The position numbers and the translations under genes are program-made. From positions 618,667-682,666 of the forward strand of contig CBDFKL010000006.1 in assembly GCA_965248825.1 (NCBI GenBank): a DNA stretch of 64,000 bases, in the 5' to 3' direction. Origin of the DNA: Alphaproteobacteria bacterium (GTDB lineage: Bacteria; Pseudomonadota; Alphaproteobacteria; UBA828). Numbering within the stretch: position 1 is the stretch's first letter; each line of letters opens with the position of its first letter. The notes beneath the pieces are model-generated. The model was not told the origin of the DNA, did no database searches, and worked only from the letters and a program-made list of their open reading frames with translations. Positions 21,501 to 31,020 of the stretch are shown in pieces.

Positions 21501-21711
21501 GGTTTCCGAAAGAGAGCAGCCCGCAATAGCCCGCGAGCAGATTCCAGGCATGGCCGAACACGGCGAACACGAAGAACGTGAATATCAAATAGATCAGATA
21601 GCTCTGATCGCCGACCAGCCACGGTATTGCGATGGCAAAACCAATGAGCGCGGCGAGCAGGCCGCGGCCGCGCCAACCGGTCAGTATCAGGTCGAGCCCC
21701 TGTGCGATCAT
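18595..21711 (-). CDS. Three-domain fusion: LivM-type ABC permease + AmnA-like (LigB-fold) dioxygenase alpha subunit + arylformamidase-like alpha/beta hydrolase
   Basis: Uninterrupted 1038-aa ORF: WNLLAGYCGLLSFG/AVRDNEEAA/GGMGTLAGP (about 21711-20620); VPGSPLP...YSTQW...DMGFKHF...YGPTYG (about 20505-19700); HGGYW, GHSAG, HNHF (about 19456-18595). Confidence 0.85.
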   Translation of the reverse strand: MIAQGLDLILTGWRGRGLLAALIGFAIAIPWLVGDQSYLIYLIFTFFVFAVFGHAWNLLAGYCGLLSFGNQVYIGIGGFALAIMFYYGGVNVWLALPISGIVTAAFAFLLAVPVRESLTGVGVWKPVAAAGVLWAGYEVALIYFPEADIFGEVYIRRVIILLLIFLGALPLLRLQGAYFAVASWLIAAAVGSVFNEWKVVGAGGGMQIKTDATQIEMYYAGLGLLIFATVVISRLLKSRYGLALTAVRDNEEAAQTVGIDIRKVKLLVFIVAGGLSGLAAGLFYIDAVIITPPAAFTIFWSAYFVFIVVAGGMGTLAGPIVGAAIFVGVDRVLSGFTEYPLLVLGIAAIVIIFVLPRGFMGIVNALRHLDDSDKGRNELLEALGVGDRFQRALFFRRRRDEAPAVVAALLVPGSPLPLLARDAPPWADIAEGLEEAAAALRAANPDVLLIYSTQWLAVLDQLWQARPRIRGVHVDENWHELGEIDYDIEIDTELADACIAASRSIGVKARGVNYDGFPIDTGSLVANRFLNAGGAWPVVMAANNIYHDWERTSKLGEMAANQAIRLGRRVAVIGVGGLSGSSFRREIDPADDHIASAAEDEWNRRVLDMMVTGDAASLKSLMPDYVRDARADMGFKHFAWVLGAMGGRFHSATVHAYGPTYGGGAAVVEFHASEKAAARAAARSRRRQRHGAPRRRRSSDMTTGSVGQRLSRWLPAFSGEGRPLRRPSKPMAVRAGAPAAPVHARSGPPVGPYLYHSFRTQAEIDEQYDAERAVPDFGRYVDSFLSNSARVRKQLGPRLDVQFGPTNAETLDIYPAARPDAPIHMFIHGGYWHSLSSREFSFVAEGLVSAGVTVVINNYALCPSVTITEIVRQNRAAAAWVYRNAATFGGNRSRLYVSGHSAGGHLTAMLLATDWAGDYGLPPDLVKGGTAISGLFDLEPFMHSWLQPTLRLTPEEVDRMSPIRHLPDQASPLIVTLGGEESAEFHRQSEAYLAAWTGSGLQGHYVDLPGHNHFTVLEEYREPNSVLCRAMLRQMGIA

Positions 21712-22625
21712 CGCGAAAAGAGACCCTGTGGGCGGACGGCGAGCACGAACAAGATCAACATGTAACCGGCGACGAGTTGCGCGGAGGGGCCGAAATATGT
21801 CCCGGCAAGCACTTGGGTGATCCCGAGCAGAACGCCGCCGACGAGGCTGCCGGCAATCGATCCGAGGCCGCCGACGATGACGACGCCGAACGCGATCAGG
21901 AGGAACTGCGGCCCGTCAAACGGTTGAAACGTGCGCGACATCCCCACCGCAACGCCGGCGACACCGGCGACCGCGAGGGAGATGGCACTCGCGATCGCGT
22001 AGATCCGATCGGTGCGGATTCCCATGAGAGAGGCCATCTCGGGGTCGTCCGACGCCGCTCGGATGGCCCGCCCCGCATGGGTGCGATGCAGGAACAGATG
22101 GACGCCCACCAGGATCGCAACGGCGGTGCAGAAGAAGATCAGGCGCAGGGTCGAAATGCTGAGATCCTGCGTCAGACGAATTGCCGAATAGCTCAGCGCA
22201 TTCTTAATCACCGTGGCGTCGGAGGCGAAGATCCCGAGTAGTGCATGAGCGATCACGATCGACACGCCGAAGGTCACCAGAATCGGAGACATGAGCCCGA
22301 AATTGGACGACATGCCCTTCTCTTCCATCGCCTGAACGGAGACCCGATTCAGCACATGGCGTTGCAGCCCGTAGCCGATCGCGAACATGGCGGGCACGAC
22401 CACGATCAGCGAGACGAAGGGCGGGAAACCGAGATACTGGACGGTGACGGCGGCGATATATGCCGCGACGATGAGCCAATCGCCATGAGCCAGATTGACC
22501 AGGCGCATGACGCCGAACACGAGCGCGAGGCCGAGGCTGATAATGGCGTAATAGCCGCCCAGCATGGCGCCGGAGAGAAGTCCGTTGGCGATGTCGATGA
22601 GCGTCCAGTAGAGGTCTTCGCTCAT
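21708..22625 (-). CDS. Branched-chain-amino-acid-type ABC permease (LivH-like)
   Basis: GLALVFGVMRLVNLAHG, GRAIRAASDD, VIVGGLGS. Confidence 0.93.
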   Translation of the reverse strand: MSEDLYWTLIDIANGLLSGAMLGGYYAIISLGLALVFGVMRLVNLAHGDWLIVAAYIAAVTVQYLGFPPFVSLIVVVPAMFAIGYGLQRHVLNRVSVQAMEEKGMSSNFGLMSPILVTFGVSIVIAHALLGIFASDATVIKNALSYSAIRLTQDLSISTLRLIFFCTAVAILVGVHLFLHRTHAGRAIRAASDDPEMASLMGIRTDRIYAIASAISLAVAGVAGVAVGMSRTFQPFDGPQFLLIAFGVVIVGGLGSIAGSLVGGVLLGITQVLAGTYFGPSAQLVAGYMLILFVLAVRPQGLFSR

Positions 22626-23392
22626 CAGCCGAAGCTCTCCATTCCAACCCCGAAATATGCGGCGCTGACCTGCTCCTCGGTAAACTCGGTGGGCTTACCC
22701 TCCAGCACGACTTGACCTTCGAGCATCACGAACACCTGTGATGCGACGCCGAGCGCGCGTTTCATGTCCTGTTCGATCACGATCACCGTCACGCCGCGGT
22801 CGTGGATCTGGCTGACCTTCTGATAGATGTCGTCAACCACGAACGGGGCCAGGCCGAGCGACAACTCGTCGAACAGGATCAGCTCAGGCGACGACATCAG
22901 GGCCCGCCCGACGGCCACCATTTGCTGCTCGCCGCCGGACATCTCCGAGACGATCTGCCGTCGACGCTCGGCCAGGATGGGAAACAGCGCGTAGACCTCG
23001 TCCAGCCGCTCCTTCAGATCGGCCCGACAGCGAGGCAGGTAGGCCCCCGCCATGAGGTTTTCTTGCACCGAGAGCCGCGAGAATAGGCGGCGTCCTTCGG
23101 GCACCATGGCGATGCCCGCATTGACGATGTCCTCGGTCGCGAGGTGCTCGATGGCGCGGCCTTCGAACTCGATCCTTCCCTCGATACGAGCGAGGCGGCC
23201 GCGGTTCATCAACCCCACCAAGGATTTCAGCAGGGTGGTCTTACCCGCGCCGTTCGCACCGATAATCGAGAGAATCTCGCCGCGCTCGATCTCGAAACCG
23301 ATATTGGTGAGCGCACGAAGCTCGCCGTAATAGGCGGAAAGACCCGCGACTTTGAGAAGCGGTCCGTCGTCTTCAGGCGCCAAGATAGACAC
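22625..23392 (-). CDS. ABC ATP-binding protein (LivF-like)
   Basis: GANGAGKTT, PEGRRLF, MSGGEQQM, DELSLGLAP. Confidence 0.93.
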   Translation of the reverse strand: MSILAPEDDGPLLKVAGLSAYYGELRALTNIGFEIERGEILSIIGANGAGKTTLLKSLVGLMNRGRLARIEGRIEFEGRAIEHLATEDIVNAGIAMVPEGRRLFSRLSVQENLMAGAYLPRCRADLKERLDEVYALFPILAERRRQIVSEMSGGEQQMVAVGRALMSSPELILFDELSLGLAPFVVDDIYQKVSQIHDRGVTVIVIEQDMKRALGVASQVFVMLEGQVVLEGKPTEFTEEQVSAAYFGVGMESFG

Positions 23393-24089
23393 GGCGAACT
23401 TCCGATGCGTTTATCACCTCCTGCGGTGGCCCGGAGACCAAAAGCCGTCCCGCGTCCAAGGCGATGAGACGGTCGGTCGCGGTCAGCATGGTCTTCATCA
23501 CATGCTCGATCCACACCACCGTGATGCCCGAATCCCTAATGCCGCGAATGAGCTCGATGAACCGCTCGACCTCGGCATCGGTCAGCCCGGCCGCCACCTC
23601 GTCGATCAGAATGAGTTTGGGTTGCATGGCGAGTGCGCGCGCGAGCTCGTGGCGCTTGCGGGTAAGAAGCGGCAATCGGCCGGCGAGCGTGTTGCGCTCC
23701 GCCCGCAGCTCCATCGCCGCGATGACGCGTTCGACCCAGGCCGCCGCCGCCGCCTCATCCAAATCGCCGCCGAACCGAGCGGCGACCATGAGGTTGTCGA
23801 GCACGGTCATATGGGTGAACGGGCGCGGGATCTGATAGGTCCGGGCGAGACCCGCGCGGGCGCGATCGTGGGCCGGCAACCGGGTTAAATCGGCACCGTC
23901 GAATCGGATGTGCCCGGAATCGGCCCGGATGTTACCGGCGAGCAGGCCGAACAGCGTGGTCTTCCCGGCGCCATTCGGCCCAATGATCCCGAGTATCTCG
24001 CCTTGCCGTACGTCGAAGGAAATCCGGTCGGCGACCTTCAACGCGCCGAAAGATTTGCAAAGCCGAGAAACGTTCAGAATTTCGGTCAT
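23373..24089 (-). CDS. ABC ATP-binding protein (LivG-like)
   Basis: GPNGAGKTT, ARTYQIPRPF, DEVAAGL, IEHVM, YLG end. Confidence 0.93.
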   Translation of the reverse strand: MTEILNVSRLCKSFGALKVADRISFDVRQGEILGIIGPNGAGKTTLFGLLAGNIRADSGHIRFDGADLTRLPAHDRARAGLARTYQIPRPFTHMTVLDNLMVAARFGGDLDEAAAAAWVERVIAAMELRAERNTLAGRLPLLTRKRHELARALAMQPKLILIDEVAAGLTDAEVERFIELIRGIRDSGITVVWIEHVMKTMLTATDRLIALDAGRLLVSGPPQEVINASEVRRVYLGA

Positions 24090-24147
24090 CGTGCCGGACA
24101 GACGAAAGACCAAGACGGCGTACACATTTCGGACCATCCCTACGGAC

Positions 24148-24183
24148 GAGGTGGTGCGGCGACGCCGGGCGCCGCACCACCTC
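24148..24183. terminator. Perfect 14-bp hairpin just downstream of the SBP gene (mRNA stabiliser or attenuator)
   Basis: GAGGTGGTGCGGCG-8 nt-CGCCGCACCACCTC; no U-tract. Confidence 0.55.
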
Positions 24184-24189
24184 CGCGCT

Positions 24190-25449
24190 CTATTGCTGGT
24201 AGAGGCGCATCTCCGCCGTCTTCATCACGTCCGGATAGACGGCGTTGTAGACGTTGTCCTTGACCCAGCGGTTTGTCTCGGAATCTACCCGCCACTGGGC
24301 GCCGCCGAGCGGTTGAACCGAATAGTGCTGCTCGTTGAACGAGACCCGACCGACAACCGTATCGAGATCAGTCTCGCTCAAGGCCTGGAGGAGCGCCGCC
24401 CGATCGGTCGTGCCCGCCCGCTGCAAAGCGTCGAACAGCACGTCATAGGAGGCGTCCGTATAGGCCAGCGGCGGCGAGTAATATTTGTCGGGATTGGCGC
24501 TCTCATAGGCATCGACCAATCCCTGGCCCGTGTAGCCGCCATATTTCGACGAGCCCGGATAGGCCGGCGACCAGAAATTCACGCTCAGGATGTCGATTCC
24601 GAATTCGCCGAGCGCGCGCATCGCCTCCGGATAACCGGTCGCTTTGTCGATGATGTACATCCGCGGCTTGAAGCCGGCTTGAGCGGCTTGTTGCAGATAG
24701 TTCTGCAAGTCGGGCGGCGCCAGCACGCCGGTAACGACCTCGACCCGCCCACGCTTGAACTTGTTGATGATCGCCGAGAAATCGGGAATGCCCTGCTCGA
24801 AGCGGCCGGGATCGACCGGCTCCCAACCCTCGCCCTTGAAGGTCGGATCGAAGAGGCTCGCGAAGACCACGCCGTCCGGGTCGTTCGGATAGAGATAGCC
24901 GATCTTCCCGTTAAACCCACCGGGCAGGGACTTGATCATCCCGACGTGATTGGCCACCAGGTCCGGCACACCGAAGAAGAAATGGTGCGTGTAGCTATAG
25001 GTCTTCGGTTTACCGTCGGGGCCGAACAGCCACGCCTCGACCGGCGTATTCGACGTGATGCAAGGCACCTCATAGCGCTCGCACAAGTCGGACGGCGCGT
25101 TGGTCGTGTCGGGTGTGCCTTGGGCGAAGACCACGTCAACTTTCTCGGCCAGGATCGCCCGTGTCGCGGCCTCACCGGAGCCGGCCATCGTGCCCTTCGA
25201 ATCGAAGATCTCGAATTCGATCTTGCACTGCTGATCACCGACCTGCAGACCGCCGGCCTCGTTGATGGGGTCGACCTTGTTGTGGTCCAGCCAGGGGGTC
25301 TCGCGCCCCATGTCGAGGAGCGGACCGGTGAGCGGCACCACGCGCCCGACCGTGACGACGCACGCCTCGGCCGCCGCGACGGGCGCTGCCTGCCAGAACG
25401 CGCTCACGAAAGCCATCGCGAATGCCGCAAGTAAGAGTAGCTTCTTCAT
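24190..25449 (-). CDS. ABC substrate-binding protein (Liv/HAAT type I periplasmic fold)
   Basis: MKKLLLLAAFA signal peptide, VGRVVPLTGP, DSK, DFSAIINKFK, DTVVGRVSF. Confidence 0.9.
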   Translation of the reverse strand: MKKLLLLAAFAMAFVSAFWQAAPVAAAEACVVTVGRVVPLTGPLLDMGRETPWLDHNKVDPINEAGGLQVGDQQCKIEFEIFDSKGTMAGSGEAATRAILAEKVDVVFAQGTPDTTNAPSDLCERYEVPCITSNTPVEAWLFGPDGKPKTYSYTHHFFFGVPDLVANHVGMIKSLPGGFNGKIGYLYPNDPDGVVFASLFDPTFKGEGWEPVDPGRFEQGIPDFSAIINKFKRGRVEVVTGVLAPPDLQNYLQQAAQAGFKPRMYIIDKATGYPEAMRALGEFGIDILSVNFWSPAYPGSSKYGGYTGQGLVDAYESANPDKYYSPPLAYTDASYDVLFDALQRAGTTDRAALLQALSETDLDTVVGRVSFNEQHYSVQPLGGAQWRVDSETNRWVKDNVYNAVYPDVMKTAEMRLYQQ

Positions 25450-25477
25450 CTTCATCTCCCCGGTTCGTTTTTCTGCT

Positions 25478-26290
25478 CTACACTTTGAATTCGACGACGG
25501 CGGCACCAGCACCATAGGTCGGACCGTAGGCGTGAATACGGGCGCCATAGTAGCGGCCGCCGGTCGCGCCCTGGATCCACGCGAAATGCTTGAAGCCCAT
25601 ATCGACTCTTGCTTCCGCTGCGTAGTCCGCGCAGATCCGCTCGACCTCCTGCGTCTCGCCTTTCTCCAGGAGGTTCAGAACACGCCGGTTCCAACGGTCG
25701 TCTTCATCGCTCGCGATGCGGTCGCCAGCGATATCGATCTCGTCACGGAAAATTGTGCCCGAAAGGCCGCCGACGGCCACAGCCGCGAACCGCTTGCCCT
25801 GCGCAATTGCGGCCTCTGCGGCTGCAGTCCCGATTCGTTGGGTGGTCTCGAAGTCATGATAGAGATTGTTCGCCGCCAGCACGAAGCGCTGCCCGCCGCC
25901 GGGGTCAAGACTGTTGCTGGCGACGATCGCCCCGGTATCGACCGGGAACTCATCGTAGTCGACCCCTTTCGAGCGAATCCCAAGCGCGTTGGCACTCTCG
26001 ATGCACGCATGGGCGAGTTCGGTGTCGATGTGCAGGTCGAACGGCAGGTCGCCAAACTCGTACCAGTTTTCGTCGACATGCACCCCCTGCAGCCGGGGGC
26101 TTTCCTGCCAAAGCTCGTCGAGTACCGCTATCCACTGAGTGGAGTAGAGAAGAACGGCATCCGGACGCGCCGCGGCGAGCGCGCGGGCGGCTTTTTCGTA
26201 GCCGGCGGCAAGCGCCGACCACGGCGGGTTGTCCTTACGCAAATACGGCAGAGGAGAGCCCGGGACCAGGAACGCGGCGACGAGGCTCAT
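25478..26290 (-). CDS. amnA: 2-aminophenol 1,6-dioxygenase alpha (non-catalytic) subunit
   Basis: VAAFLVPGSPLP, YSTQWIAVLD, HVDENW, ANNLYH, DMGFKHFAW; follows amnB. Confidence 0.88.
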   Translation of the reverse strand: MSLVAAFLVPGSPLPYLRKDNPPWSALAAGYEKAARALAAARPDAVLLYSTQWIAVLDELWQESPRLQGVHVDENWYEFGDLPFDLHIDTELAHACIESANALGIRSKGVDYDEFPVDTGAIVASNSLDPGGGQRFVLAANNLYHDFETTQRIGTAAAEAAIAQGKRFAAVAVGGLSGTIFRDEIDIAGDRIASDEDDRWNRRVLNLLEKGETQEVERICADYAAEARVDMGFKHFAWIQGATGGRYYGARIHAYGPTYGAGAAVVEFKV

Positions 26291-26292
26291 TG

Positions 26293-27321
<1,029 letters not shown>

Positions 27322-27357
27322 TCAAAACAAGCGGCACCCGCCAGAGCGCCGTCCTAA

Positions 27358-29370
27358 CCCGACTTCCGCAACTCGGGGGTCATGAAGGTTTTAACCCATT
27401 GATTTTCCGCGATCGGACCCCCAAAGGTCGGCACTACAGGGCGCCGAAGGGAGAGGCGTTCCGTGCGCCGTCAGGCGGAGATCCGCGGCGCGGGTTGTTT
27501 CGGCAGGGTCAAGCCAAGCTGGTGCAGCAGTAATTCGTGCTCCTTGTTCGGCCGGGTGTGGCGCGGCAGGACGAGGTGCCGGCCGTCGATGGTCGGCAGG
27601 TGGACGTCCACCATCTGGATGGTGGCGAACGTCTTGAGGATGGCGCGTGGGGTGAGGCCAGCGGCGTGTGGCCGGGCGAGGTTCTTCAGGGTGACGAGCA
27701 GGCAGTAGGCGATGAATGAGACGAAGATGTGCGCCTCGATCCGCTCTTCGCGCTGATGGAAGATGGGCCGGATCGCGAGGTCGTGCTTGAGTTCCTTGAA
27801 CGCCTGCTCGATCTCGATGAGCTGCATGTACAGGCGCCAGAGCGTGGCGGGATCTTCGGCGACCATGTTGGATCGCAACAGATAGCGGCCCTCGCGGCGG
27901 CGTACGCGGCGCAGCCGGTCGCGCCGCAGGCGGAATGAGAAGCCGTCCGCAGCGAGCTCCTTGTCGGTCTCGGGCACACCGATGTCGACCAGGCTCCAGG
28001 CCCGGCCCGCTTCCTTCTTGGCGGCACCGAGCTTGAGCATCAGCTGATCCCGGCTGTTGGACTGGCGTTGCAGCTCGCCCAGCCGGCGCCACAGTTTCTT
28101 CAGCCGGCGCCGGCGCATGCCGCGTTCCTTGAGGAGCCGCCCCTCGCTGCGCACCAGGACGTAAAGCTCTCCGTCTTCGGCCAACAGCTTGACGTCTACG
28201 GACTGGCGCACCTCCTGCCAGGGCAGGTCCAGGAACGCCTTCTCAAGCCGCGTCAGCCGGCCCTTGGGCGTGCCCACCAGATAGCGCACCGGCGCATCGC
28301 CCTCGCGCATCAAGGCCAGCGTCTCCTCGGTGGGAATGCCGCGGTCCATGATCCAGATCCGGTCGGAGCGACCGTATTGCCGTTCGATCTTCTCCAGGAA
28401 CTCCGCCAGCGTGGTCTGGTCGGCGGTGTTCCCCGGCATCACCTCGTAGGCCAGCGGAAAGCCCTCGGGCGTCACGATCAGCGCGATCACCACCTGCACG
28501 CAGTCCGGGCGCCTGTCCCGGCTGTAGCCGAACCGGCGCTTGTCCTCGAACGGCGGGTCGCTCTCGAAGTAGGTCGAGGTCAGGTCGTACAGCAGCACAT
28601 CGAAGCGCACGTCGAACAGCGTCGCCCAACGGGCGCGAAGGAACGAGAAGAACTCCTGCTTATGGAGCAGCAGCTTGTCGAGGCAGCGATACAGCGTGTC
28701 GTCGGCGATCGCCCGATCGCAGCCCAGAAGATCGCGCAACGCGCTGTGCTCGTACCAGTGACGGTGGAGACGCCACTCGCTCCCCGGGTCGATCAGTCGG
28801 TAGCAGACCTGGATCTTCAGGATGTCCAGCCACCTCGTGCCTTGACGGCTCGGGGTCAGGCGCGGGCCCCAGAAGCGGTCCAGATCAAGCCGATCCCACA
28901 GGACCAGGGCCAGCCAGCACGCCCCCCATTGGCGCGGGTCGTGCAGGGCCACGTCCGCGACGTTGATCTTGACCACCTCGCAGTCCAGCGCCGGCGCCTC
29001 CCGATCCTCGGGAAACAGCGCCATCTGCCGAGACCCCGACTTGCCCTCCACAACCTCGATCGAGCGGCACCACGCCGCGCGCTGGCTGTCGTTGATCTCG
29101 CCGAGATGGAGAACGTGGCGCTGAACAACGCGGCCGCCGCGGACCCGGACGTTCTCCACCACGCTCCAGTAGCGGTGCTCCTTGCCGTCCTTAAAGCGTC
29201 TCTTGCAGCGCACGAACATGAGGGTAGCGTCCGGCGCTTCGCCAGCACAATCAAGGGGGTAGGTCGGCACTACACGCGGTTCCGGAGAGCCAAAGACCGG
29301 AAATCCGCCACTTTCCGGGCCGAAAAACCGTCAAATTAGCCGAATGCCGTGCCGAGTTGCGGAAGTAGGG
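27358..29370 (-). mobile_element. IS1634-family insertion sequence, apparently intact
   Basis: 19-bp terminal IRs CCC(G/T)ACTTCCGCAACTCGG (1 mismatch), flanked by CTAA on both sides. Confidence 0.9.
27471..29219 (-). CDS. IS1634-family DDE transposase
   Basis: MFVRCKRRFKDGKEHRYWSVVE, LYDLTSTYFE, GYSRDRRPD, IMDRG, IEQAFKELK, RPIFHQ. Confidence 0.93.
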   Translation of the reverse strand: MFVRCKRRFKDGKEHRYWSVVENVRVRGGRVVQRHVLHLGEINDSQRAAWCRSIEVVEGKSGSRQMALFPEDREAPALDCEVVKINVADVALHDPRQWGACWLALVLWDRLDLDRFWGPRLTPSRQGTRWLDILKIQVCYRLIDPGSEWRLHRHWYEHSALRDLLGCDRAIADDTLYRCLDKLLLHKQEFFSFLRARWATLFDVRFDVLLYDLTSTYFESDPPFEDKRRFGYSRDRRPDCVQVVIALIVTPEGFPLAYEVMPGNTADQTTLAEFLEKIERQYGRSDRIWIMDRGIPTEETLALMREGDAPVRYLVGTPKGRLTRLEKAFLDLPWQEVRQSVDVKLLAEDGELYVLVRSEGRLLKERGMRRRRLKKLWRRLGELQRQSNSRDQLMLKLGAAKKEAGRAWSLVDIGVPETDKELAADGFSFRLRRDRLRRVRRREGRYLLRSNMVAEDPATLWRLYMQLIEIEQAFKELKHDLAIRPIFHQREERIEAHIFVSFIAYCLLVTLKNLARPHAAGLTPRAILKTFATIQMVDVHLPTIDGRHLVLPRHTRPNKEHELLLHQLGLTLPKQPAPRISA

Positions 29371-29371
29371 C

Positions 29372-29648
29372 TAACACTCGGCCGGGTCCTCGACGAGATC
29401 CTGGCCGACGGCTCGGAGACCCGTTCGGCGGTCGTGGCGATCCGGCCATTGATGCTGACCGACCCGCAACACCCGTGGCGGCGCATCCGGGCACGCGCCG
29501 GGCTCGACGACGTGCGCATCCTCGATCTCCGTTACAGCTTCGCCTCGCGCGCGATACCGTCAAGGCCTCCGCCGCCCGCATCGGCGACAGCATCGAACGC
29601 GATCTGGAGGCGGTGGAAGACGACAGCAACGAGGCAGCAGCTCGATAG
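29372..29648 (+). pseudogene. Internally deleted tyrosine-integrase C-terminal remnant
   Basis: LGRVLDE..AVVAIRPLMLT | PWRRIRARAGLDDVRILDLRYSFASRA (degenerate HDLRH) | second frame ARDTVKASAARIGDSI. Confidence 0.7.
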
Positions 29649-29660
29649 TGCCGACGCGCT

Positions 29661-29960
29661 TCACGATATCGTCAGAGCATCTACATCACGGCCGCCGTAA
29701 AGAATTCTGAGGAACGTCACGGTGTCCGCGCTCACATGGAAAGCGATGGTCACCCGTCGCTCGAAACCGATGACCCGCAGGCCGGGAAACAGGTCGTCCC
29801 GCCGCATACCTCGTTCCGGAAAATCCGCAAACTCCCGACAATAGGTCTCGATGCGTTCCACATAGGCCATGGCCCGACCGGCGTCCGCACGCTCGGCGAT
29901 GAACAGGTACAGGTCCTTGAGATCGTCGCGGGCTTCGGGCGCGAAGACGACCTTATGCAT
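29661..29960 (-). CDS. parE: RelE/ParE-family toxin
   Basis: VVFAPEARDDLKDLYLFIA, FPERGMRRDDL, LRILYGGRD. Confidence 0.9.
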   Translation of the reverse strand: MHKVVFAPEARDDLKDLYLFIAERADAGRAMAYVERIETYCREFADFPERGMRRDDLFPGLRVIGFERRVTIAFHVSADTVTFLRILYGGRDVDALTIS

Positions 29961-30243
29961 CGCGTCCGGGGTTCTTCACACGCCCGGCGTGGAGGTCTCG
30001 GATTTCGCCGAAGACCCGGTCGGCGGAGATCGCGCGTCCGGGATCGGACCCCATTGCGGCCGCGACCGGCACGACCTCTTCGCGCAGCCAGCGCTCGACG
30101 GCAGCGTCGCGTTCCTGCAAGGCCCGCAGGCCCGCGCGTATCACTTCGCTGCTCGTGGCATAGGCGCCGGAGGCGACGAGGCTATCGATATATCTTGCCT
30201 GTTCGCCGGGCAGGCTGAATGTCCGTTTATGGGAAGCCGCCAT
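29953..30243 (-). CDS. parD: ParD-family RHH antitoxin
   Basis: RTFSLP...IDSLVASGAYATSSEVIRAGLRALQERD; overlaps the toxin start. Confidence 0.88.
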   Translation of the reverse strand: MAASHKRTFSLPGEQARYIDSLVASGAYATSSEVIRAGLRALQERDAAVERWLREEVVPVAAAMGSDPGRAISADRVFGEIRDLHAGRVKNPGRDA

Positions 30244-30259
30244 CGTCAAAACCTTCAGG

Positions 30260-30277
30260 TGAGATGATCTTCTCTCA
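30260..30277. promoter_or_regulatory. Palindrome upstream of parD, candidate operator
   Basis: TGAGA-N8-TCTCA in an AT-rich patch 17 nt before the ATG. Confidence 0.35.
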
Positions 30278-30409
30278 TGGTGTGATAATTTCATACTCAA
30301 TTCCAGGGCCGCGTGATCCCCGCAACAATCGCCGGTGAGTACCCGTTGTTGGGTAAATCACAGTCCGTCCGCGTCGACCGCGACTTGCGCGTTGTAGCAC
30401 CGGCGAAAC

Positions 30410-30618
30410 TCGTGGCGCGCGCTCGACCAATTGCGCAATCTCCCTGCGCAACTGATCGACCAGCGCTCCCGCCCGGTCGTAGCGCACATTGCGATGACGG
30501 CTCGCGTTCACATCGACCTGGGTGCCATCCACGCTCACCGTGCCGACCCGCGACACCTCCACCGCCCGGGGGAGTGATCACTCATCCCAAGATCCGGGAA
30601 AAGTCCGACAGACTGTTA
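30410..30618 (-). pseudogene. IS1182-family remnant (end sequence plus short transposase fragment)
   Basis: VGTVSVDGTQVDVNASRHRNVRYDRA matches the IS1182 first-Asp motif (DGTKIxANAS); end-like TAACAGTCTGTCGGACTT at 30618-30601. Confidence 0.65.
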
Positions 30619-31020
30619 CCTCGACGATTTGTGGAAATCGAAGGTCATTTCGACCGTGGCTCCAAGGGGGAGGGCGTGAACGCCGACAGCGGTTCGCGCC
30701 GGCGGTTGAATATCCTCGGTGAACACGGCCTCCCAGGCCTCGTTGATCGCCGGGAATTGCTCGAAAACCGTGGTGTAGATGGTCGCCGATACCATGTTCT
30801 CCAAGCCAAGGCCGATCTCGGGCAACGCGGAAACGAGGTTATGAAGGATCTTCGCCGCCTCCGGCCCCGGTCCGCCCGCCTCCAGGGCGCCGGTCTCGGG
30901 GTCGAGCGCGATCATTCCGGCGAAGCGATAGAGCGGCCCCGCCTTGATGCAAGGGCTATAGCGAAAACGCGGCCGCGGCAGAGCCTCAGCAAAGACGGCG
31001 ACCGGGCTACAACTTGACAC
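30616..31020 (-). CDS. RidA/YjgF-family protein, candidate 2-aminomuconate deaminase (AmnD-like)
   Basis: PRFRYSP, AGMIALDP, FPAINEAW, PARTAVGVHALPLGATVE (catalytic Arg kept); overlaps the dehydrogenase stop; GTG start estimated. Confidence 0.8.
   Translation of the reverse strand: MSSCSPVAVFAEALPRPRFRYSPCIKAGPLYRFAGMIALDPETGALEAGGPGPEAAKILHNLVSALPEIGLGLENMVSATIYTTVFEQFPAINEAWEAVFTEDIQPPARTAVGVHALPLGATVEMTFDFHKSSR

Noticed and set aside
21708-25449. Calling the ABC system UrtABCDE (urea uptake) because a urease homologue is near
   Set aside because: The SBP lacks recognisable UrtA motifs and the operon is coupled to amnBA, so the substrate is left unassigned.
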